A stretch of DNA of 46,259 bases, from assembly GCA_903862255.1 (NCBI GenBank), contig CAIOXK010000024.1:1-46259 (forward strand). Direction: 5' to 3'. Numbering within the stretch: the stretch's first letter is position 1; each line of letters starts with the position of its first letter. Origin of the DNA: Candidatus Nomurabacteria bacterium (GTDB lineage Bacteria; Patescibacteriota; Minisyncoccia; Phycocordibacterales; UBA9973). This document shows positions 29,019-41,800 of this stretch, piece by piece. The position numbers were made by a program, and so were the translations under genes. Below the pieces are notes generated by a model that saw only the letters and a list, made by a program, of their open reading frames with translations, had not been told where the DNA came from and ran no database searches.

Positions 29019-29723
29019 TTATTTTGTAGATGCTTTAGCTGTCGCAGTAGTTTTTGTTGTAGGTGTAGTGGTTTTATTTTGAATAGGGTTTGTTAGCGTT
29101 GCAGGTAGAATTTTCTTAATATCATCAAGAGAAATATATCCATTTTCAGTCTTACCATTTATCACCAGTGACGGAACAGAATCGCTAACCTTATAGACTG
29201 TGAGTAGTGCACGCACTGTTGAACTATCAAGACCAGCATCAAATGAGTAGATTCGAAGTGTTGGGTATTGCTGATGCAATGCGTCGAGTACATACCCTTG
29301 CTTAACACAGTCATCACAAATATCAGCATTCTTATAAAAATACAAAATAGTTACAGTATTTTGTTTACAGCGATCACTAATACGCTTAGTAAGTAGGTAG
29401 TCTTTTACTTCTAAAATACTATATTGCTGCTTCAATAAATTAAGCTGACTTTGATCGTTGAAGTTTTGCTCGCCATAGGTGATTTTGTCTGCGAGATTAG
29501 AGATCTCACTTGAGAGATAATTATTGCCAACATCCTGACATGAAAGCTCTTGTAACAAATCAAACTGTGCTTCAGACGAGAGAATGTCTGTAGTTACCTG
29601 ATTTTGCGCTTCTTTAATTTCTGCTATTTTACGATTAGTTAAATACTGACTAAAAAAGAAAGCAGCAACAAATAATGCAGCAGTAATAATTAAAGCGATA
29701 AAATATTTTCTAAATCCTTTCAT
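29019..29723 (-). CDS. Membrane-anchored thioredoxin-fold protein (CDDC)
   Basis: N-terminal TM, helical region, ILYFY...CDDC, YSFD, VPSLVING (cis-Pro motif). Start at ATG 29723. Confidence 0.75.
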   Translation of the reverse strand: MKGFRKYFIALIITAALFVAAFFFSQYLTNRKIAEIKEAQNQVTTDILSSEAQFDLLQELSCQDVGNNYLSSEISNLADKITYGEQNFNDQSQLNLLKQQYSILEVKDYLLTKRISDRCKQNTVTILYFYKNADICDDCVKQGYVLDALHQQYPTLRIYSFDAGLDSSTVRALLTVYKVSDSVPSLVINGKTENGYISLDDIKKILPATLTNPIQNKTTTPTTKTTATAKASTK

Positions 29724-29728
29724 ATAGA

Positions 29729-30982
29729 TTAACGCCATGCTGGCTGTCCACGTTTAGCAATTGTATTCCATACTGCCTTCAAAAGCCAGAACGGCGCGAT
29801 AACACTGTAAATCGCAAGATATGCCAAGATGTGCCAATCAAATCCTCTGCCTTGCTTATTTAAACGTGTCCCCATAACGATTGAGAAAAGCAGAACAACA
29901 TACAAAAATACTGTTACAAATGTTACTGTCTCTGTATTGATATAAAACCAATCAAACTGAACATGAGGCAATGGCCCGCCATGAAAACCAGCAATGCTGT
30001 ACTGAGTAATCTTTTTAATTATAAAAAGAATTGCATCATACACAAAGACCAATGATAGATATACAACGGCAATAATAGAAATTATGCCTGATGGTAATGT
30101 AAAGAACGAGAAGTTAAGATATTCTTTCTTGAACAACAATCGACGATAATCCATCGTGTTTTGGATAAAACCATAAATCCATCGTAGGCGTTGCTTGTAC
30201 AACTTCTTCACAGTATCAGGAGAGCGAGTATAAATAAATGCATTCACACAGTGCTCAATTTGCATATGGTTTTCTTGCATACGATATGCTAGTTCCTGGT
30301 CCTCGGTATTGTGAGCCTTACGGAACTTACCAATTTTTTTAAACATTTCAGCACGGAACAAAGAGAATGGCCCTGGCGTAACGTGAATAGCCCCGAGAAA
30401 TGACAACATTTTTTTATTATACGTACTCATATTATACTCAACGCGCTGAGCATACTGTAGTAAGTTTTTTGGTTGATCAACAATTAGCGACGGTGTCACT
30501 GCCATTGTCTGGGGGTTGTCTTGGAACATGCCAACCATACGACGAAGTGCATCTGGGGCAACAAAAGAGTCCGCGTCGAGACCGCCGATAATAGCTGCAT
30601 CAGTATTATCAATACCAAAATTTATAGCAGTGTGTTTGCCGCCATTTTCTTTGTGAAAAATACGCACGCGTGGGTGGTTTTGATACTGCAACAGCTCTTG
30701 CCATGTTGTATCAGTACTACCGTCATCGACAGCAATTACTTCCAATAATTCTGGCGGATAATCAAGCGCTAAAATTGAAGCAATCGTACCATGGACTGTT
30801 TTTTCTTCATTCCAACAAGGCACAATAATTGCCACCTTAGGTGGATTAACTAAGTCAGGGAGTGGTTCTTTTTTGAATGTTTTGATCTTTTTGCGATGCT
30901 CAAAATAAGTAATCATCAAAAAGACCTGGACGTACATAGCCAGGAAAACGACTGCATACGTAAAAAACTCAGGAATCGTCAT
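29729..30982 (-). CDS. GT2 processive glycosyltransferase (PgaC/IcaA/cellulose-synthase-like)
   Basis: VPCWNEE, VDDGSTD, NGGK, LDADS, TED, QRLRW; N- and C-terminal TMs. Confidence 0.9.
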   Translation of the reverse strand: MTIPEFFTYAVVFLAMYVQVFLMITYFEHRKKIKTFKKEPLPDLVNPPKVAIIVPCWNEEKTVHGTIASILALDYPPELLEVIAVDDGSTDTTWQELLQYQNHPRVRIFHKENGGKHTAINFGIDNTDAAIIGGLDADSFVAPDALRRMVGMFQDNPQTMAVTPSLIVDQPKNLLQYAQRVEYNMSTYNKKMLSFLGAIHVTPGPFSLFRAEMFKKIGKFRKAHNTEDQELAYRMQENHMQIEHCVNAFIYTRSPDTVKKLYKQRLRWIYGFIQNTMDYRRLLFKKEYLNFSFFTLPSGIISIIAVVYLSLVFVYDAILFIIKKITQYSIAGFHGGPLPHVQFDWFYINTETVTFVTVFLYVVLLFSIVMGTRLNKQGRGFDWHILAYLAIYSVIAPFWLLKAVWNTIAKRGQPAWR

Positions 30983-31051
30983 ATATTTGTCATAACATCC
31001 TATCACAAATAGCCTGTTTTTTCTAGCCCAGATGTGGGGTATACTTGGATA

Positions 31052-31876
31052 ATGGAATCACAAGAAACAACACCAAAAGATACTCCGGAAATTACAACTT
31101 CTACTGAAAATTCTACACCGCCCTCCTCCGCCACGGTAGGAGAAGTAAATAAACAGTCTACTAACATTGCTGCGGCTATTGTTACTAGTGTGGCAATGAT
31201 TGCCATTGCATTAGTTATCATTCTCCATCCAAGTAGCACAAATACTACTCCAACAAATCCTGCTGCTGCACAGGCCACAGACCAGACAGCTCCTGCTACT
31301 CCAACATCTATTCCTGCTGACATCGCAACACTTCGTCCAAGTGATACAAACTATGTTCGAGGTGACGTGAATACAGCACAGGTATTAATTTTTGAATACT
31401 CTGATAGTGACTGTCCTTTCTGTGTTCGTTTTCACCCAACACTGCAACAAGTAGTAAATGACTACAAAGGCAAAGTTGCTTGGGTATATAGATTTTTCCC
31501 TCTTACTTCATTACACCCAAATGCATACAATGAAGCACTTGCACTTAGTTGTGCTGGTCAGCTTGGCGGATCAAAAGTATTTAATAACTACCTCGACAGC
31601 GCAATCAATATAACCGTAAATCCTGACCCTAAGAGTGATGAGATTCTGACAACGTTCGCTACACAAAATGGCCTTGATGCAACAAAGTTCAAAGCATGTA
31701 TGGCTGCCCCAGCAACTGCAACAGTAATACAAACCAGCATTGACGAAGCAAATAAAATTGGTGCGCAAGGAACTCCTTTCAGTGTGATTGTAAACAAAAC
31801 TACAGGTAAGCAAGTTATTATTCCTGGTGCCTACCCTATCTCAGACATAAAGAAAGCGGTTGATTCAGTCATGTAA
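31052..31876 (+). CDS. DsbA/BdbD-like thiol-disulfide oxidoreductase
   Basis: TM anchor, EYSDSDCPFC, FFPLTSLHPNA, GAQGTPF; TATACT 6 nt upstream of ATG 31052. Confidence 0.9.
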   Translation: MESQETTPKDTPEITTSTENSTPPSSATVGEVNKQSTNIAAAIVTSVAMIAIALVIILHPSSTNTTPTNPAAAQATDQTAPATPTSIPADIATLRPSDTNYVRGDVNTAQVLIFEYSDSDCPFCVRFHPTLQQVVNDYKGKVAWVYRFFPLTSLHPNAYNEALALSCAGQLGGSKVFNNYLDSAINITVNPDPKSDEILTTFATQNGLDATKFKACMAAPATATVIQTSIDEANKIGAQGTPFSVIVNKTTGKQVIIPGAYPISDIKKAVDSVM

Positions 31877-31923
31877 AAATATAAAAGCCCTTCGTAAATA
31901 TAAATTATTGGTAAAGAAAATAT

Positions 31924-31936
31924 GGGGACTGTCCCC
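31924..31936. repeat. GGGGACTGTCCCC hairpin
   Basis: Identical 13-mer occurs inside trmD at 43600-43612. Confidence 0.7.
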
Positions 31937-31952
31937 TTTCTCAAGAAATAAT

Positions 31953-31980
31953 AAAAACCTCCAGATATCTGGAGGTTTTT
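31953..31980. terminator. Bidirectional terminator
   Basis: TAAAACCTCCAGATATCTGGAGGTTTTT between convergent dsbA-like gene and rpoD. Confidence 0.85.
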
Positions 31981-32005
31981 ATTTATCGTTTTCGCTATAG
32001 TGCGA

Positions 32006-33394
32006 CTAGTCGAAATAGTTTCGGAGGCGCTGAATGCGATCATTCTGACGGAGCTTCTCGTGAACCTTGGCTTCGATTTGTCGAATACGTTCACGAGTCA
32101 CGCCGAACTCCTTACCTACTTCTTCAAGCGTGTGCTGTACACCATCGATGAGTCCGTAGCGCATTTCAAGAATTCTTTTTTCCTTAGGAGAAAGTTCTTC
32201 TAGAACAGCACGGATTGCATCCTGAAGCATACGGCGACTTGCCTCTTGATCTGGGCGAAGAATCTTATCGTCAGGAATAAATTCACCGAATGTAGACTTG
32301 TCTTCATCGTCACCGATTGGAGATTCCAATGAACGAGTTTCTTGATTGATCTGTTCAATCACATGAACCTTTTCAACTTCAATACCCATTTCCATTGCAA
32401 TTTCTTCTGGCATGGGATCACGGCCGAGGTCTTGTGCCAAACGACGCATTACCTGTTTGTATTTTGAAATAGTTTCAACCATGTGCACCGGGATACGGAT
32501 AGTGCGTGATTGGTCTGCCAGTGCACGAGTGATTGACTGACGGATCCACCATGTTGCATATGTTGAGAATTTAAATCCTTTTGTGTAGTCGAATTTTTCT
32601 ACAGCCTTGAAGAGGCCGATGTTCCCTTCTTGAATCAAATCGAGCAATGTAAGGTCTGCTGTACGATTTGCATATTTCTTGGCAATTGAAACTACCAAGC
32701 GGAGGTTTGATCGAGCGAGCAAGTTCTTTGCTTCTCCATCACCTGCAGCAATACGTTTCGCAAATTCTTTTTCTTGAGCAGCATTGATCAATGGATACTG
32801 ACCAATGTCTTTCAAGTACATTTGCACAGAACTGAAACTGTGACTATCTTTTACATATTTTGAAAGGTCTTCTGTATTATCAATATCAAGAAGATTGCCA
32901 CCTTCTAGAATATCAATACCTGCAACACTGAACTTCTCATACAGTTCATCGAGGAACATAATGTTATTTTCAATGTCAGGAAATGTTTTTAAAATCTCAT
33001 CATACGTAATGAATCCGCGTTTCTTACCTTTTGTGATAAGTTCTTCGGACTTTAATTCCATGTCTTTGATTTTCTTTTCACTATTGTTTTCACGCTTTGG
33101 CGCTGAGCCAGCGTGACGAATAGTAATCGGCTTTGGTTTTGCCTTGACTACCGTAGCTTTGGCGGAAGAGGTGCTTTTAGGTGTTACAACTTTTTTTACA
33201 GGCGCTTTCGCGACTGCTTTGGCAGTTACTTTTTTAACGGGTACTTTTTTTGGAGCTGGTTTTGCTGCACTCTTTGGTGCCACTTTTTTTGCTACCTTTT
33301 TTGTCGGCGCTGGTGCGCCTTTTTTAACTACTTTCTTCGGTTGTGCTTTTGGAGCTGGTTTTTTGTTTGGCATAAAGTTCATTCGTATCATCAT
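32006..33394 (-). CDS. rpoD: Primary sigma factor RpoD/SigA with Lys/Ala/Pro-rich N-terminal tail
   Basis: Region 1.1 [65 protein letters not shown]. True start may be 33373-33394. Confidence 0.96.
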   Translation of the reverse strand: MMIRMNFMPNKKPAPKAQPKKVVKKGAPAPTKKVAKKVAPKSAAKPAPKKVPVKKVTAKAVAKAPVKKVVTPKSTSSAKATVVKAKPKPITIRHAGSAPKRENNSEKKIKDMELKSEELITKGKKRGFITYDEILKTFPDIENNIMFLDELYEKFSVAGIDILEGGNLLDIDNTEDLSKYVKDSHSFSSVQMYLKDIGQYPLINAAQEKEFAKRIAAGDGEAKNLLARSNLRLVVSIAKKYANRTADLTLLDLIQEGNIGLFKAVEKFDYTKGFKFSTYATWWIRQSITRALADQSRTIRIPVHMVETISKYKQVMRRLAQDLGRDPMPEEIAMEMGIEVEKVHVIEQINQETRSLESPIGDDEDKSTFGEFIPDDKILRPDQEASRRMLQDAIRAVLEELSPKEKRILEMRYGLIDGVQHTLEEVGKEFGVTRERIRQIEAKVHEKLRQNDRIQRLRNYFD

Positions 33395-33436
33395 TTAAAA
33401 AGGGAGAAATGTCAATCCCGTAACACGGGACGTATC

Positions 33437-35164
33437 CTACGGCGCATGTCTGCGCTGGTGGAGTTTTTGTAGTAGGGCTAAATAGTATAATTCTTTTTCT
33501 TCGTCTTTTTGTTGTTTTGCTTCGTTCATTTTCATCGAGTATTCGAATTTCAATTGATCCAAAAACTGTGCAATCACAGTTGCAGAAAGTTCTTTAATAA
33601 TTCCTTCGATATCCTCTTCTTTAGCTGTTGCATACTGTCTTTCAACAGACGCAACAATCCATTCTTTTTTATCATCAGCAATCGGACTAATTACTAACAG
33701 AGAGTCTTCGAACTGAAATTCATCAAGAAGTTTTTTCTGTGCTAGTACAGATTCAATTGGATATAATTCTATTAGGCCAATTAGTCTTTCTGCATGTGTT
33801 AACTGATGTGCATTTGAAGCCTTAATGGTCTTAATTGTTTGAGATGTCTCTGTTTCAGGTACCTTACTCTCAAGAACGAAAGAATTGAAGTCATCATTCA
33901 CTTCTTTGGTCCCAAGGTTAGATTCTGTAGCAATAGTATTTACATATACTTGCCGCTCAATTGCAGAAGGTACACGCAAAAGAAATGGAAATAGCTGCAT
34001 ACGGATTGATTGTTTCAACTGATGAGCAGATGGTGATTTCTTTTGTATTTCATGAAGTGTATGTGGAATGAAGTGCTCAGCTTTTTTTAATAACTCTTTC
34101 CATCCTTCGCTATGCTCAGGATCTCCGCCTCCGGCTCCGATAAAATCTGCTGGGTCTACCCCTTCCGGCAGTGCTACAACTTTTGGATTCATCCCTAGTG
34201 ACAATGCAACTATTGCTGCACGCTCCATGGCTTTCTTACCAGCACTATCGCCATCAAATGCTAAGAAAAGATTCTGTGTTAGTCGTGCAATAATTGATAG
34301 CTGTGCACCTGCATCACCGATCACTGTTTCAGAAACTGCAGTACCAGAAGTTGCAACAGTATTTTTGAAACCCGCTTGGTGACTAAGCACTAAATCCATT
34401 TGACCCTCAACAAGAATAGCAAAATTATGTTTCTTGATTGCCAATTTAGCTTTATCGAAACCGAACAATATTCGTGACTTATGGAAGACCTCTGTTTCTG
34501 GACTGTTCAAATATTTTGGACCTTCTGGAGTATCTGGAAACATGCGACCAGAAAATGCAACAATGCGTCCACTACTATCCATTAGCGGAAACATGATGCG
34601 TCCACGAAAGCGATCATAATACCCCTTCTCTGTTTTTTTGATTAAACCTGCACGCTCATAAAACACCTGACTTTGAGTATCAAGCGTTGCAGAGATACTC
34701 CGCCATTCTGTTGGAGCATAGCCAATACGAAATGCTTCTATAGTCGCATCAGTTAGTCCTCTATTTTTGAGATATGCTATTGCTTCAGTATTTTGTGCAA
34801 GGTAGTGCTGATATTTTGTAGCAGAAACCTCTAATGCTTCATAGACACTATCTGTCGGTTCAACCTTGGTGAATTGATTATTTGTCAGCGCAATACCTGC
34901 GCGATCGGCTAATACCTTTAGTGCCCCCTTTTTATCGAGCCCTTCAAACCTTTCAACAAAATTAAAAATGTCGCCTTTTTCTCCACAGCCAAAACAATAG
35001 AAAAGACCGCGTTCCGGTGATACCGAAAACGACGCAGTCTTTTCATTATGAAATGGACACCGAGCCTTAAACTGAGTCCCTGAGGGTTCAAGTGTAATAT
35101 AGGTCGAGAGTACTTCGGCAATAGGCAGTCGTTGTTTTATTTGTTCGAACAACCTGTTATCCAT
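33437..35164 (-). CDS. dnaG: DNA primase
   Basis: CPFHNEKTASF...CFGC zinc finger, RFRGRIMFP, KYLNSPET, VEGQMD, FDGDSAG. Confidence 0.96.
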   Translation of the reverse strand: MDNRLFEQIKQRLPIAEVLSTYITLEPSGTQFKARCPFHNEKTASFSVSPERGLFYCFGCGEKGDIFNFVERFEGLDKKGALKVLADRAGIALTNNQFTKVEPTDSVYEALEVSATKYQHYLAQNTEAIAYLKNRGLTDATIEAFRIGYAPTEWRSISATLDTQSQVFYERAGLIKKTEKGYYDRFRGRIMFPLMDSSGRIVAFSGRMFPDTPEGPKYLNSPETEVFHKSRILFGFDKAKLAIKKHNFAILVEGQMDLVLSHQAGFKNTVATSGTAVSETVIGDAGAQLSIIARLTQNLFLAFDGDSAGKKAMERAAIVALSLGMNPKVVALPEGVDPADFIGAGGGDPEHSEGWKELLKKAEHFIPHTLHEIQKKSPSAHQLKQSIRMQLFPFLLRVPSAIERQVYVNTIATESNLGTKEVNDDFNSFVLESKVPETETSQTIKTIKASNAHQLTHAERLIGLIELYPIESVLAQKKLLDEFQFEDSLLVISPIADDKKEWIVASVERQYATAKEEDIEGIIKELSATVIAQFLDQLKFEYSMKMNEAKQQKDEEKELYYLALLQKLHQRRHAP

Positions 35165-35171
35165 TTATGTT

Positions 35172-38100
35172 TTATTCTTGATCTCCGTCGTACTTAATGT
35201 TGTTAATATCAAGAGCAGAACGTTCACGGAATCCAGTACCTGCAGGAATCAATCGTCCAACAGTTACATTTTCTTTCAAGCCGCGGAGAGTATCTGTTCC
35301 GCCCTTAACTGCATTAGCGATCAATACACGGTTTGTGTTTTGGAATGAAGCAGCTGAGATCCAACTTTTAGCGTTCAATGCTGTCTGAGTAATACCCAAA
35401 ATAATGAGTGTACCCTTTGCTTCTGCAAGACCTTTTTCACGCATCTTTGCATTTTCTTCCATCATTTCTGTCGCTTCAATTGTATCACCAGGAGAGAATG
35501 AAGTATCACCTGCATCTCGAACTTTGCGACGTGAGAACATTTGGCGAACAATAATTTCCAAGTGTTTACGAGCAATTGATGCACCTTGTAATTCGTACAC
35601 CTTGATGATTTCACGAATGATGTAGTCTTCTGCAGCTTCACGGCCACCGAATTCATACACTTCATCAATGTTTGCAGAACCATCAGTGAGCAATTCACCA
35701 CCAGCCACATCTTGACCAGCTTTTACAATTGCTACACGACGAGGACCAATAACATATTCAACACTGTCTTTCTTTGCCTCCTTGTCAGAAGAAAGAACAA
35801 CAATAACTTTTTCTGTGCCATTATCTTTGATTTCTGAAACAGTACCAGCATATTTGTTAACAGCTGCAGGATTTTTCACTGTACGACATTCGAATACTTC
35901 TTCAACACGAGGAAGACCCTGAGTAATGTCGACACCAGCAAGACCACCGGCGTGGAAGGTACGGAGTGTAAGCTGTGTACCTGGTTCACCGATCGCTTGA
36001 GCAGCAACGATACCAACTGATTCACCACGATCTACTAGGTGATTACGTCCGAGATCGAGACCGTAACACTGACGACAGATACCATAAATAGTTTTACATA
36101 CCATCGGTGTACGCACAAACACTTCTAGGATTCCTTTTTCATCAATTACTGCGGCATCATCCTTAGTAATAAGGTGTCCACGTTTGAACAATGTTTCTCC
36201 ACCTTCTGTAACGATATCTTTTGCAAGAACACGTCCGCGTATACTTTTTGCTAGTGGAATTTCAAAACCTGAAATCACTTCTAGAGTCATACGCTTAGCA
36301 CCTTTTGTTCCACAGTCATCTTCAGTAATAACGACATCTTGTGCAACGTCAACAAGACGACGGGTCAAGTAACCAGCACGAGCTGTGTTCAAAGCAGTAT
36401 CGGCAAGACCTTTACGTGAACCGTGAGTTGTAATGAAGTATTCCAATGGAGAAAGACCTTCCTTGAATGATGGAATGATTGGGAAATCAATAGTTCGTCC
36501 AGTAGTATTCTGAATCAAACCTTTCATACCTGCCATCTGAGTAACGTTACTCATAGATCCACGGGCGCCAGAAATGATCATGTCATACACTGATCCATGT
36601 TTTTCTAGTGTGTCAGGCAAAATCTTTTCGATTTCACTCTTAGCCTTGTTCCAGTTAGAAATAACTTTTTCATATCTTTCATCTTCAGAAAGCAACCCTT
36701 CTTCGAACTGAGAACGAATTTCTGCTTCAAGAGTGCGGTATTTAGCAACAATAGCTGGCTTTTCTTTTGGTACTATAACGTTATCAATACCCCAAGTTGT
36801 ACCTGAACGAGTCGCATACTTGTAACCGAAGTCTTTTACACGGTCAAGAATTGGAGCAACACGGTCTATACCGTATTTTGCAATCAAAGAATCAATTACA
36901 GCCACCATTTTCTTACCAGTCATATCTTCGTTCATGAATGGGAAATCACTTGGCAACACTGCGTTGAACAATAAACGTCCAACAGTTGTTTCAAATGGTT
37001 TGCCGCCAAATCCTGCATATTTATCTTTCTGTGTGCCTAATACGAATATTTTTGCACGAAGAGAAACTGCACTGAAGTCATTAGTAGTAATTGCTTCATT
37101 TGGACTTGAGAAATACATACCTTCTCCTTTTTCTCCTTCGATAGCAGTTGTCATCCAGTAACATCCCAACACAATATCCAACATTTTTGAAGAAACGATT
37201 GAATCACCGTTTTGTGGTTTCAAGATATTTTTATCAGCAGCAATTAATGTTGCAGCCTCATGTTGCGCAAGCTCTGATAGTGGAAGATATACGCCCATTT
37301 GGTCACCATCGAAGTCGGCGTTGAACGCAGGACAAACGAGCGGGTGAACTTTGATAGCGTTACCTTCAACCAATACTGGCATGAAAGCCTGAATACCAAG
37401 ACGGTGCAGAGTTGGAGCACGGTTCAACATAACGTACTTGCCTTTAATTGCTTCTTCGAGGATAGCCCATACTTCTGGGATACCATCTTCGATCAATTTG
37501 TTAGCGCCACGGATGTTATATGCCAATTCCTGTTCGATGATTTTTGAAATCACAAATGGACGGAAAAGTTCCAATGCCATGTGCTTTGGAAGACCACACT
37601 GACTAAGTTTAAGCTGAGGACCAACAACAATAACTGAACGGGCTGAGTAGTCAACACGCTTACCGAGCAAGTTCTGACGGAACAAACCTTGTTTTGATTT
37701 CAAATTATCGGAAAGAGACTTCAATGCACGACGCTGTGCCTGACTCATAGCAGGACTATCCTGTCCAGCAATTGAGTTATCAATCAACGCATCAACAGCT
37801 TCCTGCAAGATACGCTTTTCATTACGCAAGATAACATCTGGCGCACCAATTTCTTTCAATTTTTTCAAACGATTGTTTCGGTTGATCACTCGACGATAAA
37901 GGTCGTTGATATCAGAAGTAGCATGACGACCACCTTCAAGTGCCACCATAGGACGAATCGCTGGTGGGATTACTGGAATAACAGTCAAGAACATCCATTC
38001 TGGACGAATGTTTGCATACATCATGCCGCGTACCAAAGATAAACGCTTATGAAGTTTTTCTCGCTCTGCAGCACCTGCCTTTTCAAGCAACTTTTCTGTA

Positions 38101-38798
38101 GTAGCTTTTACTTTTGCAAGATCCATATCGCGGAACAATTGATAGATTGGTTCAGCACCAACACCGGCTTCAAAAGCAGAACCATACTTCAATGAGTAGT
38201 GGTGGTATGAAATTTCATTCAATACCTTACCAATACGGATTTCAGCAATTTCTTTCTTTGTATTTGTAAGAAGTGTGCGAAGTTTGTCGCGAGTTTCTTC
38301 ATCTGCCGCACCCTTTAATTTGTTTTTAAATTCTGCATCCAAATCAGCAATGATACGTTCGCGTTCATCTTCATGAACCGTAGTAACAATGTATCCAGCG
38401 AAGTACACCACCTTTTCAAGATCAGTAAGAGAAACGTTGAGCAAGATACTCATACGTGAAGGAACTCCACGGAGGAACCAAATGTGAGCTACAGGACTAG
38501 CAAGTTCAATGTGCCCCATACGTTCACGACGAACAATAGACTGTGTAACTTCAACGCCGCACTTTTCACAGATAATACCAGCATAACGAATACGCTTGTA
38601 CTTTCCACAGTAACATTCATAGTCTTTTTCAGGACCGAAAATACGTTCATCAAATAATCCTCCGCGTTCGCTGCGACCAGTACGGTAGTTAATAGTTTCC
38701 GGCTTTGTAACTTCACCGAAAGACCATTCGCGAATACGATCTGGACTAGCAAGCTTCAGAGAGATTTGATCAAAATTTGTTGTATCGAGTGTTTTCAT
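35172..38798 (-). CDS. rpoC: RNA polymerase beta' subunit
   Basis: [16 protein letters not shown]...[28 protein letters not shown]. Confidence 0.99.
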   Translation of the reverse strand: MKTLDTTNFDQISLKLASPDRIREWSFGEVTKPETINYRTGRSERGGLFDERIFGPEKDYECYCGKYKRIRYAGIICEKCGVEVTQSIVRRERMGHIELASPVAHIWFLRGVPSRMSILLNVSLTDLEKVVYFAGYIVTTVHEDERERIIADLDAEFKNKLKGAADEETRDKLRTLLTNTKKEIAEIRIGKVLNEISYHHYSLKYGSAFEAGVGAEPIYQLFRDMDLAKVKATTEKLLEKAGAAEREKLHKRLSLVRGMMYANIRPEWMFLTVIPVIPPAIRPMVALEGGRHATSDINDLYRRVINRNNRLKKLKEIGAPDVILRNEKRILQEAVDALIDNSIAGQDSPAMSQAQRRALKSLSDNLKSKQGLFRQNLLGKRVDYSARSVIVVGPQLKLSQCGLPKHMALELFRPFVISKIIEQELAYNIRGANKLIEDGIPEVWAILEEAIKGKYVMLNRAPTLHRLGIQAFMPVLVEGNAIKVHPLVCPAFNADFDGDQMGVYLPLSELAQHEAATLIAADKNILKPQNGDSIVSSKMLDIVLGCYWMTTAIEGEKGEGMYFSSPNEAITTNDFSAVSLRAKIFVLGTQKDKYAGFGGKPFETTVGRLLFNAVLPSDFPFMNEDMTGKKMVAVIDSLIAKYGIDRVAPILDRVKDFGYKYATRSGTTWGIDNVIVPKEKPAIVAKYRTLEAEIRSQFEEGLLSEDERYEKVISNWNKAKSEIEKILPDTLEKHGSVYDMIISGARGSMSNVTQMAGMKGLIQNTTGRTIDFPIIPSFKEGLSPLEYFITTHGSRKGLADTALNTARAGYLTRRLVDVAQDVVITEDDCGTKGAKRMTLEVISGFEIPLAKSIRGRVLAKDIVTEGGETLFKRGHLITKDDAAVIDEKGILEVFVRTPMVCKTIYGICRQCYGLDLGRNHLVDRGESVGIVAAQAIGEPGTQLTLRTFHAGGLAGVDITQGLPRVEEVFECRTVKNPAAVNKYAGTVSEIKDNGTEKVIVVLSSDKEAKKDSVEYVIGPRRVAIVKAGQDVAGGELLTDGSANIDEVYEFGGREAAEDYIIREIIKVYELQGASIARKHLEIIVRQMFSRRKVRDAGDTSFSPGDTIEATEMMEENAKMREKGLAEAKGTLIILGITQTALNAKSWISAASFQNTNRVLIANAVKGGTDTLRGLKENVTVGRLIPAGTGFRERSALDINNIKYDGDQE

Positions 38799-38817
38799 AA
38801 TAGTGTTTTGTTATAGG

Positions 38818-41800
38818 TTAGTTAGCTACCTCGTCTTCTACTGTTTCGACCTTAAGTGTATTTTTCAATTCAACATCAAGTGATAATCCGCGAAGGTAGT
38901 TCAACATCACAGAGAATGATGCCGGTACATTTGGTTCGCCGATTTTTTCGTTCTTGATAATTGCATCAAATGTAGCCGCACGACCACGGATATCATCAGA
39001 TTTAATTGTGAGCATTTCACGCAATGTGTGCGCTGCACCGTACCCTTCCAATGCCCATACTTCCATTTCTCCGAAACGCTGACCACCACCTTGTGCCTTA
39101 CCGCCGAGAGGTTGCTGCGTAATGAGACTGTATGGCCCGATTGAACGCATGTGAATCTTGTCTTCTACCATGTGGTGAAGTTTCAAAATGTACATGTATC
39201 CAACAGCAATGTCTTGTTCATATTTATCACCTGTACGTCCATCGAAGAGTGGTACACGTCCGTTTTCAGGAAGACCAGCTTTTACAAGTTCTTCTTTGAT
39301 TTCACTATCTGTAGCACCTGCGAATGGAGGCACGATTGCTTGATAGCCAAGTTCGTTTGCAGCCATACCCAAGTGAAGTTCAAGAATTTGTCCGAGGTTC
39401 ATACGTGATGGTACGCCGAGCGGTGTAAGCACAACGTCAACAGGACGACCGTCTGCCATGTATGGCATGTCTTCTTCTGGAAGCACTACTGAAATAACAC
39501 CCTTGTTACCGTGACGTCCAGCAAGCTTATCGCCGACTGAAATGTTACGGAGCTGAGCAACTTCAATAACGATTTTCTTGATCACACCTGATTCAAGGGT
39601 ATGTCCCTGATCACGTGAGAATACTTTCACACGAATGATACGTCCGCGTTTGCCGTGATCCATTTTCAATGATGTGTCTTTCACGTCACGAGCTTTTTCA
39701 GCGAAGATACTTCGGAGCAAACGTTCTTCAGGAGTAAGTTCTGTTTCACCCTTTGGAGTAATTTTACCAACAAGGATGTCGCCTTCTTTTACTTCTGCAC
39801 CTACGCGAATGATACCGTCTTCATCAAGGTCTTTGAGACGAGCTTCACCAACGTTTGGAATATCGCGAGTAGTTACTTCTGGTCCGAGTTTTGTATCACG
39901 AACAACTGAAGTAAATTCAGCGATGTAAATTGATGTAAATTTTGAATCTTTGATCAAACGTTCTGACAAGATGATCGCATCTTCGAAGTTTGCACCGTTC
40001 CAACTCATAAACGCTACCATCATATTCTGACCGAGAGCGATCTGACCGTGGTCTGTAGTTGAAGTATCAGCAAGAAGATCTCCCTTCTTAACTTTTTGCC
40101 CCATAGTTACTACTGGACGCTGGTGGAATGCGTTGAAGTTGTTGTTACGCTGGAAAGAAGTAAGGGCGTAACTCTTATCTTTATTTTTTTCATCACGTAC
40201 TGTGATCTTAGAAGCATCAACATATGTTATTTCTCCATCTGATTCAGCAAGAATCAAACGACCAGAGTATGGTGCTGCATCCTGTTCTACACCTGTAGCA
40301 ACCAAAGGAGCTTCAGGGCGGATCAAAGGAACAGCCTGACGTTGCATGTTACTACCCATCAACGCACGGTTCGCGTCGTTGTGCTCAACGAATGGAATCA
40401 TTGAAGTACCAACTGAGAACGCCTGATTAGGTGCCACGTCGATATAATGTACTTCTTCTTTTTTCACAATACCTGGGTTTGTACGAATACGCGCTTCAAC
40501 ATTTTCTGGAAGGTTACCCTTTTCATCATATTTATTACCGCCATGAGCAATAATAACTTTTTCTTCTTCGGCAGCGTTCAAATATTCTACTTCACCAGTA
40601 ATCTTACCGTTTTTAACTTTTACATATGGAGTTTCAATAACACCAAAAGCGTTTACGCGAGCATAAATAGACAGACGCAAGATAAGACCGATGTTTGGAC
40701 CTTCTGGAGTTTGGATAGGACATACGCGACCGTAGTGAGATGGGTGCACGTCACGCACTTCAAGAGTAGCGCGCTCACGAGTCAAACCGCCGGGACCAAG
40801 CGCAGATAGAGTACGTAGTTCTTCAAGTTCAGACAAAACGTTTTCTTGTTGCATGAACTGAGAAAGCTGGTTTGTTGTGAAGAATTCTTTGATACGAGCT
40901 TGCAATGGACGCTGGTTCACCACCTGAATAGGAAGTGCGTTTGATGCATCGATTGTAGACATACGATCTTGAACGTTACGCTTGATTTGAGTCAAGCCAA
41001 CATAGATCTTCTGCTGAAGCATTTCACCAACGAAACGTACACGACGTGAAGAAAGGTTATCAATATCATCAGCATGAGAGCCAGGAGTATTGTTTAAAGC
41101 AATGATATTATTTACGATCAATGCCAAGTCAGTAGCAGACAATGTCTTGCGTTCCATTTCTGCATCACCCATATCAAGTTCAAAACGCTTGTTGAAGCGA
41201 AAACGTCCAACAGATGAAAGGTCATAGCGTTCTTCTGAGAAGAGATTGTTTACGAAGTCACGTGCGTTGTCAGCAGTAGCCAAGTCACCATCGCGGAGTT
41301 TACGGTAGATTTCTACAAATGCTTCACCAGGAGTTTTTGCTACATCTTTTTCTAATGAGTGAAGAATTACTTTTTGTGCAATTTCATTTGGGAAGTGCTT
41401 TTTGATATCTTCATCTGTAGTCAAACCAAGAGCACGCAAAAGAGACACAACTGGGAATTTGCGCTTCTTGTCGATACGTACATATACAGTACCGTCTGGG
41501 TCTGATTCAATTTCGATCCACACACCACGGTTTGGGATAATTTTTGCGCCAAAGAAACGCTTGCCTTTTACTTCAAGTTCTGTGAAGAACACACCACTTG
41601 AACGTGAGAGCTGTGGAATGATAGAACGCTCAACACCGTTGATGATGAATGTACCGTGTGGAGTCATTACTGGTAAATCAGCCATGAAAATTTCCTGCTC
41701 CTTTTCAGAACCAGTTTGTTTGTTGGTCAATTTAACGCGAGCTTTGATTTGTGTTTCGAGAGAGAGTTTGTTTTCCTTGCAGTAGTGTTCGTCGAACTTA

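Noticed and set aside
31960..31972. CCAGATATCTGG resembling the uvrA/uvrB motif
   Set aside because: It is the stem-loop of a bidirectional terminator, lacks TTGAC and is not near a -10 element.
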